Of a DNA stretch of 64,000 nucleotides, positions 12,651 to 25,878 are shown piece after piece (the stretch's first letter is position 1; each line of letters begins with the position of its first letter). The DNA is from Blasia pusilla (lineage: Eukaryota). Where the stretch lies: contig CM114271.1 in assembly GCA_050084515.1 (NCBI GenBank), forward strand, positions 22,382,001 through 22,446,000. The letters are read 5' to 3'. The position numbers and the translations under genes were made by a program. The notes below the pieces were generated by a model. That model saw only the letters and a program-made list of their open reading frames with translations. It was not told the DNA's origin and ran no database searches.

Positions 12651-13330
12651 GTGGTTGCCCGTGTCACAGCCAATCGAGTGTTGGGCGAGGTAGCGGGTTA
12701 GCTGACACTCTGTCCAGGTTGTTTTGGGAGATCATGCGGATTTTGGGACACTTGCAGGAGCATCAATCCCGTTCTCTAACATATATTCTAGAGAATATGC
12801 CAATGTTGGGCGATTCAAGGTCCCGCGTGATGACGAGTGCACATAAGATGCGCGCATGGATCAACTTGGAAGTGTTGTTGTATGCGGCGAGTCTGGGTTC
12901 ACAAGCACATTCCCCGCGTCTTTGTTGGACTAACTTGGCATCATATTAGGTATTGCGGAGGGCGTATGCAGGAGTGGAGCAACCCTCTCACTTGTTGGTG
13001 GATTCTATTATGGATCCAGGTCATCGATCACAGGCAATACAGCACAATGATTGACCTTCGTTAACTGTGGTCAATAGGATAGGCATGCCACAGGCAGCCT
13101 TTCCCACATTGGTGAGTTTTTTTTGCTTCCTATGCATTCAAGGAGGTCGAGCCTCGCTTGGTTTGGGATGACCAGATACAATGGTTGGTGAAGTCCAACG
13201 TTGATGAGCGAGAGCAAGCGATGGGATTCCCCATAAGAGTGATGACAATACCATCACTATCAGAGGCATCACAACGTCATGTCTTGGATCAGGCGATGGA
13301 CCTGAACTGCTTGACATGGATTTTCACCTT
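12651..13330 (+). pseudogene. C5 cytosine DNA methyltransferase domain, motifs IV-X (copy 1)
   Basis: PC(H)SQSS..GSGLADT.SRLFWE, ENMP, AHSPRLCWTN, EREQAMGFP, RHVLDQAMDLNCL. Confidence 0.85.
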
Positions 13331-16300
13331 AGGAGTAGTTGAGCATCTTCGTTTGAGATTGCGATAGATTACATTTGTTGTGTTGGTGAGCCCCATGCCT
13401 ACCGAGAGGGTTGAGGTAGTGGCTGGGGACGAGATCCCAGTAGAAAAACACACCAGGGGTGATCGGGAGAGACACCCTTGGACTTCTTGGGATTTTTCGC
13501 ACGTACGCCAGGAGATGATAGCCACAACATCGAGCATGGTTTTGGGCACTGCATGTTAAGATTCGATTTTGCAATTCGCTGCATGAGAGCAGTCGAGTTT
13601 TGCTGTTCGAGACAAGGTTGCACCATAGCAACCACTGACACCCTCGTCGGAGAGTCCTACCATAGTCACGATGGAGACTTGGGAGCCAGATATGGGCCCT
13701 AAGTTGATAGGAGGAGAGCAGCGCCGGATACACCAGTTCCTTAGGAGTTATAGGAGTTGTTTTTCATTTAGCATGCATGATTTGGGTATGCTGAAGGGTC
13801 TAGGGATCCGCATTTAGTTGTCGAGTGACACGCCGATCTTCCAATGACCCCATAGGTACACTCACATGGAGAGAGCTCTGATTCAGAGTAGGAGCCATGA
13901 CTTGGTTGGAGCAGGACTAGTGGAGATGTTGCATGGAGAGTATGCATCTGCCTCTATCATGTCCGGCAGGAAGGATGTGCATTGCAACTAGACAGATAGG
14001 CGGATGTGTGGAGATTACCAACCTATCAATCGGCAAAAGAAGTCCGATAGGCATGCCATGCCCAACCATGAGGAGATCTTTGATGCAATTGGACATCCAA
14101 AGGTCTTCAATTTGTTAGATCTTTGAGCCAAATACCATCAGATGCCTATCAAAATGGAGGATTTGCAGAAGATGGCATTTTGGGGCATCGATCCTCACGG
14201 GAAGGATTGTTTGTACTAGTGGCGGTTCTTACCATTTGGGTTAAATAACGCCCCGGTTGAGTTTCAGAGGGTCATGGATAGGATCTTTGGCAAGTCTGGA
14301 TTTTGCTAGGTGTTATATTGATGGCATTGTAGTCTTGAGCGCCACGGTTGAGGAGCATGAGCGACATCTAGAGGAGGTGTTTTGACGATTGTAGTTATAT
14401 GGGCTGAAGCTTTATCTAGGCAAGTGTAAGTTCTTTTACGACATGATTGAGTTTCTAGGACATACGATATACCTGGGTGGCCTTGGTCTCTAGCAGACGA
14501 AGATAGAGGCTATTTCACGCATTCCACGCCCTACAGATGTGAGTTGAGTTCATGCATTCATGGGATTGGCAAACTTCTATCGACCATACGTCAAGGGTTT
14601 CAGTTTGATTGCAAAGCCACTAACCTTGCTGACCAAGGTGGATCAGGAGTGGCGCTGGGGGGATGAGCAAGAGAGAGCATTTCACCTGCTTAAGGATAGA
14701 TTGACGTCTGCGCCCATATTAAGGAGACCGATCAAGGGACGTCCTTTCCATTTTCATCTCGATTGGAGCATGTTCGGGCTTGGAGCCGTGCTCACCCAGC
14801 ATGACGATGATGATAGAGAGTACGCAGTGGCTTACACTAGTCGTTCGAACAACGTTGTAGAGGTAAAGTATAGCTCGTATGAGGGTGAGTGCGTGGCTGC
14901 AGTGCGGGATGTTGCACATTTCAGGTGTTATCTATTCGACAATCCCTTTACCTCATTATTGATCATCAGCCACTTAAGTGGTTGATGGAGTTCGAAAAGG
15001 TTACAGGGAAGCTTGCGAGATGGGCTCTTTTATTGCACGAGTATGACTTCAAGGTGGTACATAGACCGAAGACACTCAACCAAGATATAGATGGTTAGAG
15101 CCGTAACCCATGCCTAAGTCAGTGAAATGCGACTGGAGCTCGTTGGCATGGTGAGAGTGATGAGGAGTTGGTGCCAAGATGGCACGCGTCAGCCAATTTA
15201 TGCCTGTTGGCTATGGAGAGCCAAATTGCTGAGACTTCGATGGCGAGGTCTGATGGAGAGTCTTTAGATCCAAAGGCGGGTGAGGAGATGTCAGATGGCC
15301 GAGATGTTCATGACGATGGAATAGTCTTGGAGTACCTACGTACTGGCAGCGTTGCGAGCACAATGGATGCTAGAGAGCGGGATCGGATCTTACAGCGAGC
15401 CAGACGGTTCTGGTGGGAGGGGACACATGTGTTGCGAGTTTGGGAGGATGGTAGAGTGCATGTAGTGCCTTATCCTTTGCACAGACCACATTTAGTGCAT
15501 CATGCCCACGAGGAGTTGGGTCATTTTGGAGTGAAGCGGACGTACAACTTGCTCCAAATATAGTATTGGTGGCAAAGCATGTAGACTAACGTTTAGCAAT
15601 TTTTTATCTGGTGCATGGTGTGTGATCAATCCGGGCATCGTTTAATGCTTTGATTCCACAGTTGCATCCACTTCCGATCGTGGGTTTAGGTTATAGATGG
15701 AGTTTAGATTTTGCAGCATCTTTTCCTTTGACGGAGCGCCACAGTCGTTATGTGTTGGTGATGGTCGAGCATTTCTCGAAGTGGATAGAGTTGAATGCAT
15801 TGCCTGACAAAGCAAATGAGGGAGTAGCGTATGCTTTCCTAAATCGAGTGTTTAGTCATTACGGTGCACTAGCTGAGGTGTTGTCAGACCAGGGTACAGA
15901 GTTTCACGAGGAGTTTCAGGCCTTGTGTGATCAGGCATTGATTGACCACCGCACCACTTCGCGAGATCATACAGAGACGGATGGACTAGCGGAGAGAGTT
16001 GTGCAGACGGTGAAGAGAGGATTACGCAAGTATGGCTTGTAGAGAGGTCATCTAGGAGATTGGGATCACCAATTTCCGTGGTTGGCGATGGGATACAAAT
16101 TCAACAAGCAGGCATCCTTAGCGTCTTTTTCACTGTACTTGCTACTTTATGGTCGAGAGCTAGATTTACCTACGGCCATTCGTCGAGATGTTGGTGAGGT
16201 GTTGAACCTTGATGACCTTGATGTAGGGATACAAGAATGTTCTCAGAGGGCTGAGTTGTTTCGGAGAGTGATACCCATGGCGTTTGAGAACTTGGCGATT

Positions 16301-16596
16301 GCGCAACATCGGGATACATTGAGGTATGCGACTATTCGGGGAGGTGATTATCGATCTACTAGCCGGAGGTTTTATTAGGGAGACTATGTCTACTTGCAGC
16401 AGACGGCATCCACAACGTTGGATGTGACTGTAGGATGCACCATCTTGAAAGTGCGTGAGGTTTTGCCATCTGGTGTTCTCTTATTGGAGGGATGTGATGG
16501 TATGGTTTGGAAGGACCATGTGCATAACTTTGCGCCATGTCACCTTCCTAACATTGATAGTAGAGTTGATTCGAGCTTAGTTGTAGTTCCTACAGG

Positions 16597-16744
16597 CTTG
16601 CAATGTATGTTGTGTGGTTCCGCCCGTGGTGCAGCCACTATGCTAGTCTATGATGGGTGTTCGAGAGGGTGGTATATGGCATGTCTGACGCCACCTCTCA
16701 TTAGGGTTCCTCTAGGAAGATGGATGTGTCCTAGCTGTACATAG
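16597..16744 (+). other. PHD finger at the integrase C-terminus (copy 1)
   Basis: CMLC...MLVYDGCSRGWYMACLTPPL..VP.GRWMCPSC, a C4HC3 pattern with two ligands mutated. Confidence 0.9.
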
Positions 16745-16993
16745 AGTAGGTAGTTCTAGATTCTGACTTATGTCTGTGATATGGATGACAAGAAGACGAC
16801 TAACGATGGGGCCACATGAGCACTCGACGTTTTGGGCTCTTAGCGTCCGAAAGATGTATGTCATGGTAAGTAAGGATAGATGGTTATCTGGAGTTAGAGG
16901 GATCCAACCACCAACTATGAGGATTGATTGGAGATCTTTTGGTACTTCTTATCTCATTGTTTGAATGCCATGAGTTAGCATGGGATCGTGCGT

Positions 16994-18267
16994 TGTCGTA
17001 TAGTAAAATCAGCCAGTGTGTAAACTCCTTTCTCATTAAGTGTTAGATAGAGTTTTATTAGTATTAAGTAAATTAGTTTAGGAAAAGGAAATTCTCATGT
17101 TTAAACCTCTTTATGGTGCCTCTTTTATGCGGGCCCAAATTTAGGAAAAGAGGTAATAAAAAAAATGACTTTATAAAAGTAAAGTAGTGCGGTTGGTGCT
17201 CTAATGAAAAACAAAAGTAATCTTGGTTGGTGGCTAGGGTAGTTGGGGTAATTTGGAAAATATCAAATGGGTAAAAGAGGATATTTTGGAAGAGATAAGA
17301 GGAAATCTATTTGTGTCAAAATATGATTGGCTAAGCCTTGAGAGGAAGTCATGTTGCACAAAATAAAATTAGCCCTATTTCGTACTCATGTGGATCCCTT
17401 GTGAGTATATAAATAAAAAGGATCTTCAAGGGTTCATGACCTTCTACTTCACATCTTGAGTCTCTCGTGTCACTCTTGAGTGTATGACTTTGGGATTGCT
17501 TGCTCTTCCAATGAGAGTGGATTACCCCTCTTGGGAGAATAACTTGACATTGGTGTATTCTTCAAGAGTTTTCTAGAGTATGGTATGTGCGGAGATGAGA
17601 AACTTGTCACCTTAGATGAGTTTAGTCATACTAGAAATAGAAAATGGTTTGGCTTGTTATTTTCCCAATGAGAGTGGATTACCCCTCTTGGGAGAGCAAC
17701 TCCACCAAATCCCATTTTAGAGGAGAGTAGAAGATGTTTGTCAAATATGGATAGGGGTGGAGTACGAGTTATGCCAGATTTTCCTTTCCTTAACCCGTAC
17801 CACGTCAAGATTCTCTTTGTAGATAAGCATTGGTTCACTCGCTATCTAGTTTATCATTTTGGGAACGCGTTCATAAACCAAGTCATGCAATCTCCAACTC
17901 CGGTGATTCTTCCTATAGTTACATACAGAAGGACATGGGATTACACTTTGTATATCCTTACATAGCAATCCATGGACGTCAATAGGTCTGGTCGAGTAGG
18001 GTTTAATACTATTTGTGTTATTTTCCTTGTGTATGACATAAAATAGTTTACAGGGATTTCATAGTTAGGAATTTCGAGGTCCGATGTTACAAAGAAGTGA
18101 TCGCCTTGACACTTCCATTTGTGATACCTATCGTTAGAAAATGGAGAGTATACATAATAATTTTGTATTGAAAAAGGAGAACTACTTAGAGAGTTCACCT
18201 TGCATTGACCATGTTTGATGTAGCTAAAAGACCCACCTTTACTCGAAGAAAGGCTCTCGACACGATA
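16994..18267 (+). mobile_element. Solo LTR, family B
   Basis: Termini TGTCGT...ACGATA with 4-bp TSD GCGT (16990-16993 and 18268-18271). Homologous to the LTRs of 46358-54851. Confidence 0.95.
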
Positions 18268-18332
18268 GCGTATTTGTGTGTATGTTCGTTGACAGTAATG
18301 TATGTTGTGTAGCGATGTATATGCGCACAATA

Positions 18333-20183
18333 TGTTCCATCCCGTTGTCGTATAGTAAAATCAGCCAGTGTGTAAACTCCTTCCTCGTTAAGTGTTAGAT
18401 AACATTTTATTAGTATTAAGTAAATTAGCTTAGGAAAAGGAAATCCTCATGTTTAAACCTCTTTACGGTGCCTCTTTTATGCGGGCCCAACTTTAGAAAA
18501 AGAGATAATAAATAAAAGATGACTTTATAAAAGTAAAGTAGTTACTTTAATGAAAAGAAAAAATAGTCTTGGTTGGTGGCTAGGTTAGTTGGGGCAATTT
18601 GGAAAATATCAAGTGGGTAAAAGAGGATATTTTGGAAGAGATAAGAGGAAATCTACTTGTGTCAAAATGTGATTGGCTAAGCCTTGAGAGGAAGCCATGT
18701 GGCACAAGATAAGATAAGCTCTACTTCGTACTCTTGTGGATCCCTTGTGAGTATATAAAGAGGAGGGACCTTCAAGGGTTTATCACCTTCTATTCCACAT
18801 CTTGAGTCTCTCGTGTCTCTCTTGAGTGTATGGTTTTGGGATTGCTTGCTCTTCCAATGAGAGTGGATCACCCCTCTTGGAAGAGTAACTTGATCGTGGT
18901 CTATTCTTCGAGAGGTTTCTAGAGTGTGGTGTGTGTGTGTGGAGATGAGAGGTTTGTCACCTTAGAGGAGTTTAGTCATACTAAAATAGTGAATGTTTTG
19001 GCTTGTTACTTCCCCAATGAGAGTGGATTACCCCTCTTGGGAGAATAATTCCGCCAAAATCCATTCTTGAGGAGAGAAAAGAATGTCTGTCAAGCATGGA
19101 TAGGGGTGGAGCACGAGTTGTGCCCAACTTTCCTTTCCTCAATCCATACCATGTCAAGGTACTCTTTGTAGATAGACAGTGGTTCACTCGATATTTAGTT
19201 TATCACTTTGGGGAAGCGTTCATGAACCAGGTCATGCAATCTCCAACTTCGGTGATTCTTCCTATCGTCACATATGGAAGGACATGGGATTGTACTTTGT
19301 ATGTCCTTATATAGCGACCCATGGAAGTCAATAGGCTTGCTCAAGTAGGGTTTAACACTAGTTGTGCTATCTTCCTCGTGTACAAGCGTAAAATAGTTTA
19401 TAGGGATTTTATAGTTAGGAATTTCGGGGTCCGATGTTACGAAGAAGTGATCGCCTCGGCACTTCCATTTGTGATACATGTCGTGAGAGAATGGAGAGTG
19501 TACATCATAGTTTTGTATTGAAAAAGGAGAACTTCTTAGAGAGTTCACCTTGCATCGACCGCATCTATCGCAGCTAGAAGGTCCGCCCTTGCTCGGAGAA
19601 AGGCTCTCGACACGACACCGTTGGCGCTCAAAGTGGGGTTTGGGTTCCAAGAATCCTTGGAGACACTCCCCCTCACTAGTACTTCTAGGGATCCTCGCCC
19701 TCCCCCTAACTTTAGGGAAAGACAGTCGGGCCTCTCAATTTGGCCTTAAACCGAACTCCTCTTATAGTCATTTTTGGCCAATATCTCAAGCTCTGATGAA
19801 GTGTTTTCTAAGATCTTTGGTGCGTTGTGATCTTCTTAAAATAATATTTCCAACGCCATCTTACTTGACCCAAATACATCTTGGGACAAAAATTTATGGT
19901 CCAAAACACAATCAAAATCCCCAAACGGTAGTCGCGTTCTAAATTTGGTTCTCACCTCTTTGGCAACCAACCTTCCTAGACTCAATTCATCTAAAGTCTT
20001 GGTTCACATTTGGTCCAAGTTTCTTGATCGCGACCATAAATGCATGAAACGCACAAACTCTCTTGCGCATTTCGTCTCTTGGACTCTTCCAAGAGACATC
20101 TCCAAAGCGCAATCATTGTACCGTGAGCACACGAAACTTCTTGGCGTCTATTTGGTGTTGATTTGGTTATGAGAGTCACGACA
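18333..20183. mobile_element. Partial LTR, family C, interrupted by a family B solo LTR
   Basis: 19622-20183 aligns by eye with ~36423-36978 and ends in GTCACGACA. Confidence 0.85.
18346..19617 (+). mobile_element. Solo LTR, family B
   Basis: Termini TGTCGT...ACGACA with 4-bp TSD CCGT (18342-18345 and 19618-19621). Confidence 0.95.
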
Positions 20184-22149
20184 GCCATGGAATTGGCGAC
20201 CATGGGAGTTGGACGAGCAGAGGTGTTCTGGATGGCCACCACGCTGTGTGAGCGTGGAGAGGTGACTGCCTCTCTTTTAGAGGTGATTGAGAAGAAGGTG
20301 GACTTGTCTTACGAGCAAGGGCTCGGGACATCCCCAACTTAGTCATGGCATGCTACGGCGGAAAAGTTTGTAGATATGCCAACTTGGCCATCGATAGAGT
20401 GAGCCATGATCACATCTGGTATGGTGTTGTTGGATAATTGGGAGTATTTTGCTTGGTTAGTCCCACAAGGATGATGTATCACTCGCAACGCATCCTACTT
20501 GCATTGATTTGGGAGCGTAGCCCTTCATGTTAAAGAAGGCGGCGTATTTGGAATTGGGGTTATGGAAAGGCAACATTGAGTATTGTCCCTTTTAGATACA
20601 AACCTCTATTAGGGGCAAATCACTCACATAGTGTATGACTCGACATGAGTTGGTGGTTAGACTCTAGCTAGAGCATGAGTCGGATCGATTGTGTGATTGT
20701 GCGCACGCGGGCGATTACGACACCAAAAGAGTATGATGTGTTGGTAGGGAGTACTGTGTTGTACCCCCTTAGTTTCATCCTATATTTGTGGGAGGAGACA
20801 ATTTTTGATCGATTAGCGTGCCAATCAAGTGATGAACGGATGAGCCATTGAATGGTGTAGTTTGCAAGATGTAGTGGTGGTCGACCACGTGAGGATACAA
20901 TGACCATGTTGGCAACATTCATGGGTGGTGTTAGCTAACCAAAAGAGTTGTTGGAGAGGTCATACATGCAGAGGAAATTCCCATTGTGGATAGTCCCGCG
21001 GAGAGACATGCTAGAGTGGATCTCTCTTCCCATGGTGCAGAGACCAATTTACCATTGTTGGGTACAAGCATTGAGTTGCATGGAGTACATGCGAGCTTGT
21101 GAGGCAAGCATGGAGCCGTGCCTGTTTCTTCGAGCAGAGAGAGACAATGCAAGTGACAATCGTGCTCGAGGATTGGAGACTTCATATTTTAGGGTACCAT
21201 ACATGTTGTGTGGCAGCGTTTGGAGCAAGCTATGAGAGTTTTAGATCTTTTCGGAGGGATCAACATGACGGATAACTACAGTGTTGTAATGTTGCGGGAA
21301 TGATGGCACCAATGGTGCTAGATGTGTATAGGATAGAAGATCATGTTGGGTAGATATGTGTGTGCTGTCTGGAGTTAGCGGGACCCAATTTCCAGCTAGG
21401 GAGGCAGTTGTGGGGTCTTAGTGTATATGTGTGAGTTTGTTTAATTTATGGATGGATTGATCCATGTGTTGGGAAAATCAATGGTGTGTGGTATGTATAT
21501 ATGATCAGCGATGTGGGTTATGTAGCAATGTGTATGTGTACGACACTTGTCACATCTTAGTTAGACGTAGGTAGAGTTCTATCGCGTCAATGACATAGAG
21601 GGTTAACAAGCTATTCGGGTGTAGCTTTGTTGGTAGAGATGTTGGATGAGGTTGGTGATAGATCTATTGCATTTGTGGCGATTTTCCTTGTTTGGTCTTA
21701 GTTAGTTAGGTGACCCGTTGATCGAGTCAACGGTCACCTGATAACCTCTGCACGCAGGTTACGGTTGGGATGGCCATTTTTGGGGGAAGAGCCTTTGGCT
21801 CTTCCCAAGGGTGTAAGAGAGGGAGAGATGGCTTTCCCAAGCTGTCTTTCTCATGTTGAGCCTTAGGAGCACCTCTCTTGCATGTGTGTGTATGAACTAG
21901 GGTGCTAGTGTCTAGATTCCCTCATAGCAAAGGCTGGATGTGGCTCCATATGCCAATGTAGATTCAGGAGTGGAGTTTTAAGCCGGGTGAGTTGTTTTTA
22001 CTCTGATTTTATTGTGGGTTCTCGGTGTATATGTGTGAGTTTGTTTCATTTATGGATGGATTGACATGCGTGTTGGGAAGATCGGTGTTGTATGGTGAGT
22101 AGATGTGACCAGCGATGTGGGTTGTGTAGCGATATGTATGCGCACGACA
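20184..22149 (+). mobile_element. Diverged, internally deleted relative of family A (A') with a B1-ct-A2-B2 3' end
   Basis: Decayed protease-region motifs (VLLDN, YDVLVG) and DNMT motif I (VLDLFGGI at ~21238). Direct repeats 21408-21545 and 22012-22149 (138 bp each, ending ACGACA) flank 21548-22011, which starts TGTCAC. Confidence 0.85.
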
Positions 22150-23526
22150 TCTTGGTATGAACCACCAAAGTCAAAACCTAGACTAGCTAGTTGCGAGACT
22201 AAGAAGGACAACGGAACCAATTGTGGGACTAATGTTAGGCAAAACACGTAGGTATCTTGTGATTGGCCTTATATGAGAAAGGGGCGTAGCTACTCACGAG
22301 GACAATGGCAACGCAAGCAAGGTTTGAGAGCGTGGAGCCAAGTGCTAAGTCAAGGGTGAGAAGCATAGATCATATGAGTAGTCAAGATGGGCAGGACAAT
22401 GGGTTAACATCGTGGACTTGTACTTTATCTCGCGCAAGACCTACACCGGTGACCGGTCGCCTAGTCGCGCATCTCAGGCTGGCGGCGTGAGGGACATTTA
22501 TGCCGTTCTCGCCATTCCGGGGCACTGTTTGAGCCGAAGGCAGATTGGCCCCATCTTGGCCCTCCGCGCGCTCCATATGTTTGGTTAGGGCATTGACCCG
22601 ACGCTCAAGGCGGCCATAACTTATGTAGTTGTCAACGGTCCGAACAATATAAGATGCCTTGGGGAAATGGATCATATTCACGGGAGACCCATCAGGTTCA
22701 CGGTGGAACCTAATTCCGTTTGATATACCTATACCTTAAACCTTTTTTTGTCAGGCTTTTTTTGTGAATTTGTTTTTTTCCAAAAAAAATTTCAATTTTT
22801 TCCTATCATTTTTTTTGTTTGACAGTCCGGGGCCTGTCTGGAAATCCCAGGGGCCGTGTCAGCCAGTCCCCAGTCCCTGGCCCTTCGGACCCACAAAGTA
22901 TCTTGTCTTCTTTGGGCCGTTCGTCAAGAGCTGTGCATCTCTAGCCCTTTGAAAAACCGGGTTTCGTTCAAAAAGTTGAGATTAACTCAATTTAGCCTTT
23001 ATTTTGTACTTCCTTTTATAGGTGCTACTTTTCTTCATCATGTTACTATTGGGCAAATAGCCTTAGTTGGTTTTTTATTTTATTATTAAGCCCATGCTTG
23101 TCAAAAAATTAGAAACTAGATTAAGGTGAAGAAGTTGACCTGGGGCGTAGCCAAAATAAATAAATAAATTTTCATCCTCACCCTACGGGCCTACCCCCCT
23201 CCAGCTATCCCCATTTTCTCGTCATTTTTTGGCTGGTGTGCCTTCCACAACCTATCCAAAAATCTAGATTGGTAATAAAAAAGTATTAAGTGTGTTTTTA
23301 CTCATCATTTTTTACCTCTTATCGGTAGTTTTTAGCAGGTGTTTTTGGTCTTTTTCTTGGTTCAAGGGGAGTTTTTGTAGTCACAATTACGTGTTTTTCA
23401 TTATCTTCTATTTTATCTTGTATTGCATTTTACGAAGTCGCATTGTGTGCCAGTGCTTGCTATATAAAGATTGCACCGGAACACGTGAATTACAATTCTT
23501 TTTTAAGTAATAAAAGCAGTTTCCGG

Positions 23527-23599
23527 GCCGGCGTAGCTAAGATGGTAGAGCATTCCCACGGTAAGGGAAAGGCCTTCGGTTCAAGTCTGGTCGAAGGCT
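23527..23599 (+). tRNA. trnT: Mitochondrial-type tRNA-Thr(GGU), probably non-functional NUMT copy
   Basis: 73-nt cloverleaf. Anticodon arm TTCCC-AC-GGT-AA-GGGAA (GGT at 23560-23562) and T-loop GGTTCAAGT. Two mismatches in the acceptor stem. Confidence 0.85.
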
Positions 23600-24433
23600 C
23601 AAACTTCTCTATACGCGGGGGACATCTATGATTTGCAAAAGCTACGCACTTGTCGCTCTCAAAACAAGTTGTTTTTTTTTTATAAAAAAGCACTCGCTTT
23701 ACTTGTGTGAGGTGAACTTATTTTACCGGCATCCTGGATTGAGCTTGGATTGGACGCATTTGATGCGGTGAGCCGAGAAAATATCAGATTAATCCATGAC
23801 TTGAGTTTATTTTCGTTGTTTTCAACGTCTACTTTTATGCATAAACTTTAGTAAAAATGCAGCCACTTTTTAGCCTTGCGGAGGCAAGGTTCATTTACTA
23901 CATTTTTTATTTTTCCTGTTGTGGGGGGGCGTGAGACTATAGGGAGAGGTGCATAGCACTTTGGGGGTACAAAGGGTCCGAAGGTACGTAAGCACTTTCT
24001 AGACTCACAAAGTTATAGTTGAATGGGACGCCAAAATAGCGAAGTCGGAAAGTAAGGTCGTCCGACGTGCTTACGAAAAGGCCCGGGATTCTTACAATAA
24101 GGCCGGGAAGGGCTACATCAGGCTCGTAGGGTCCGTATAGATAAATGATTGAGGGGGAGCACCTTAGACAACAAGAAAATCCGTTGTTTCCCGATGCGCT
24201 TAAAGGCGCAACTCCTAGCGTACCTTCGATTTACGAAGAGTACGGTCGCTTAAGTTTACTTCTTCGGCAGTTAGTTGATTTTATAGAAGTCTTGGAATGG
24301 CTTTACAGTTGGAAAATCTATTTTGTCACGAAACGGAAAGCTTTTATGCATTTTGCTTACTCCACCGTAGATATTTATGCTATGGTTTGAATGGTAAACA
24401 AAAACAATGAATAAAAAATATGAATTATTAGAT

Positions 24434-24737
24434 ATGGCTAAAACTAAACAAATCCAGAATTTTACTTTGAATTTTGGACTTCAAGACTCTGCTTCTCATG
24501 GTGTTTTACGATTAGTAGTGGAAATGAATGGAGAAGTGGTAGAATGCGCGAAACCGCATATTGGATTACTCCATAGAGGAGAGGCACATAAAAATTACTT
24601 GAGTATAAAACTTATCTTCAAGCTTTACCTTATTTTGATCGTTTAGATAATGTTTCTATGATGGCCCAAGAACATGCTTATTCTTTAACTGTAGAGAGAC
24701 TTTGTAATTGTGAGGTACCTTACGAGCTCAGTATATG
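24434..24737 (+). pseudogene. nad7: NADH dehydrogenase subunit 7, 5' fragment
   Basis: [15 protein letters not shown]...[15 protein letters not shown]...PHIGLLHR, then after a 5-bp duplication (AGAGG twice) [37 protein letters not shown]. Confidence 0.95.
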
Positions 24738-24858
24738 CAGCCCTTGACATATGAATAAGTGTGCTTGTCCTTAACGGGATGATACGAAAATTCATATAGG
24801 TGTTGCATGGCTGTCGTTAGCTCGTGTCTTGAGACGTTGGGTTAAGTCCTGTAACGAG
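24738..24858 (+). rRNA. rrn18: Fragment of bacterial-type (mitochondrial) SSU rRNA, pseudogenic
   Basis: CCCTTGACAT...AGGTGTTGCATGGCTGTCGTTAGCTCGTGTC...GTTGGGTTAAGTCC..TAACGAG matches universally conserved 16S-like segments. Confidence 0.9.
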
Positions 24859-25831
24859 TTTAGCAATTCGCAATCAATAAAAGTTTAGCTCTCGTTGAAG
24901 TTTTCTTGCTATTTTCGTTGAAAGAAAATGGAAAACAAAGAAATTTTTTTATTTTATGTTTGTCAACCATCGTAGATGGTTGATCAAATTGTTATCGGCT
25001 GTCGAATGCCACCTGATTTTCATATTTAGGCTATTTATTACAAATAAGGATGATTGGAACGTTTTTATCTTTGAGAAAAAAACTGACCTATACTTTTGAT
25101 TTAGGCTTGTACCTCTGCCCACGAGACTAGCCAGACACAAAACGCAAAGGGCAATGAGACAAGCATAAGACGCCAAACGAGGAGTTAAGATGGGCGCTAG
25201 CCATATGAGACATGGAATGCGGATCTAAGCTCCAAGATGCATTTGGGGAGTTGACGGTTGCATAATCTGCAAGAAGCATCCGCCAAGCTATATTCATAGT
25301 TAACTAGTCAAACGGTGGTCAAGGCTCGCGAAGCATGTTTCGATTAAGGGAAAAAATCAAAGGTTCAAGGGGGAAAATTAGGGAAGATGGGGTTATTATG
25401 GAAAACCCAGCAGTACCTTAGGAGGGACACTCTCCCTCTTCATGCGATCAAGTCATTGAACCAAGAACTAATCATAATGCGTGTTTGGTAGTGTTTCAAG
25501 TTTGAGCTAAGGGGCCTATCTTGAGGAATTCGGGACATCGGTTAATTCCTCAAGATAGGTCCCTTGAAAATTTGATTTGTGCTCCAATTGAAGTTAGCGA
25601 CTTGGGGAGATGATGGCTTGATGAAGAGGCTTCCTAGGGAGACGATACGCACTTGGGGAGATTCGACCCGGTTAGCGCTTGGTGGCTTCTCGGCTACCTA
25701 CGGAAGTTGCAACCAATTGAGTCTTCGGGACTCAATCTTAGTCTTCCGCTTGTAAAACTCAAGGTCGGGAGTGCTTTGGAGTGAAACTAGATGGAGGGAT
25801 TCTAAGACGCTCATTAGAATAGTGGGTTTGG

Positions 25832-25834
<3 letters not shown>

Positions 25835-25871
<37 letters not shown>
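25835..25871. repeat. (GA)n microsatellite
   Basis: About 18 consecutive GA units. Confidence 0.95.

Positions 25872-25878
<7 letters not shown>

Larger units (their letters stand above)
12651..18332 (+). mobile_element. Family A Ty3/gypsy copy 1 (5'-truncated): DNMT-RT-RNaseH-INT-PHD and terminal B repeat
   Basis: Starts in MTase motif IV. Then RT, RNaseH (YSSYEGEC, DHQPLKWL), integrase (H..LGHFG, WSLDFA, SDQGTEF, GLAER) and PHD. The B repeat at 16927-18332 is interrupted by a solo LTR. Confidence 0.92.
22720..24858 (+). other. Nuclear insertion of mitochondrial DNA (mosaic NUMT); boundaries approximate
   Basis: Poly-T/poly-A organellar-type spacer sequence, trnT, the nad7 5' end and an abutting SSU rRNA fragment, all carrying mutations. 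Confidence 0.85.

Noticed and set aside
22150-22165. tRNA-iMet PBS after B2 (TCTTGGTATGAACC)
   Set aside because: Only TGGTAT matches TGGTATCAGAGC, the equivalent position after B in the other copies differs, and no gag follows.
23527-24858. Genuine mitochondrial contig or functional organellar genes
   Set aside because: The genes are fragmentary, mutated, rearranged and embedded among nuclear TEs.
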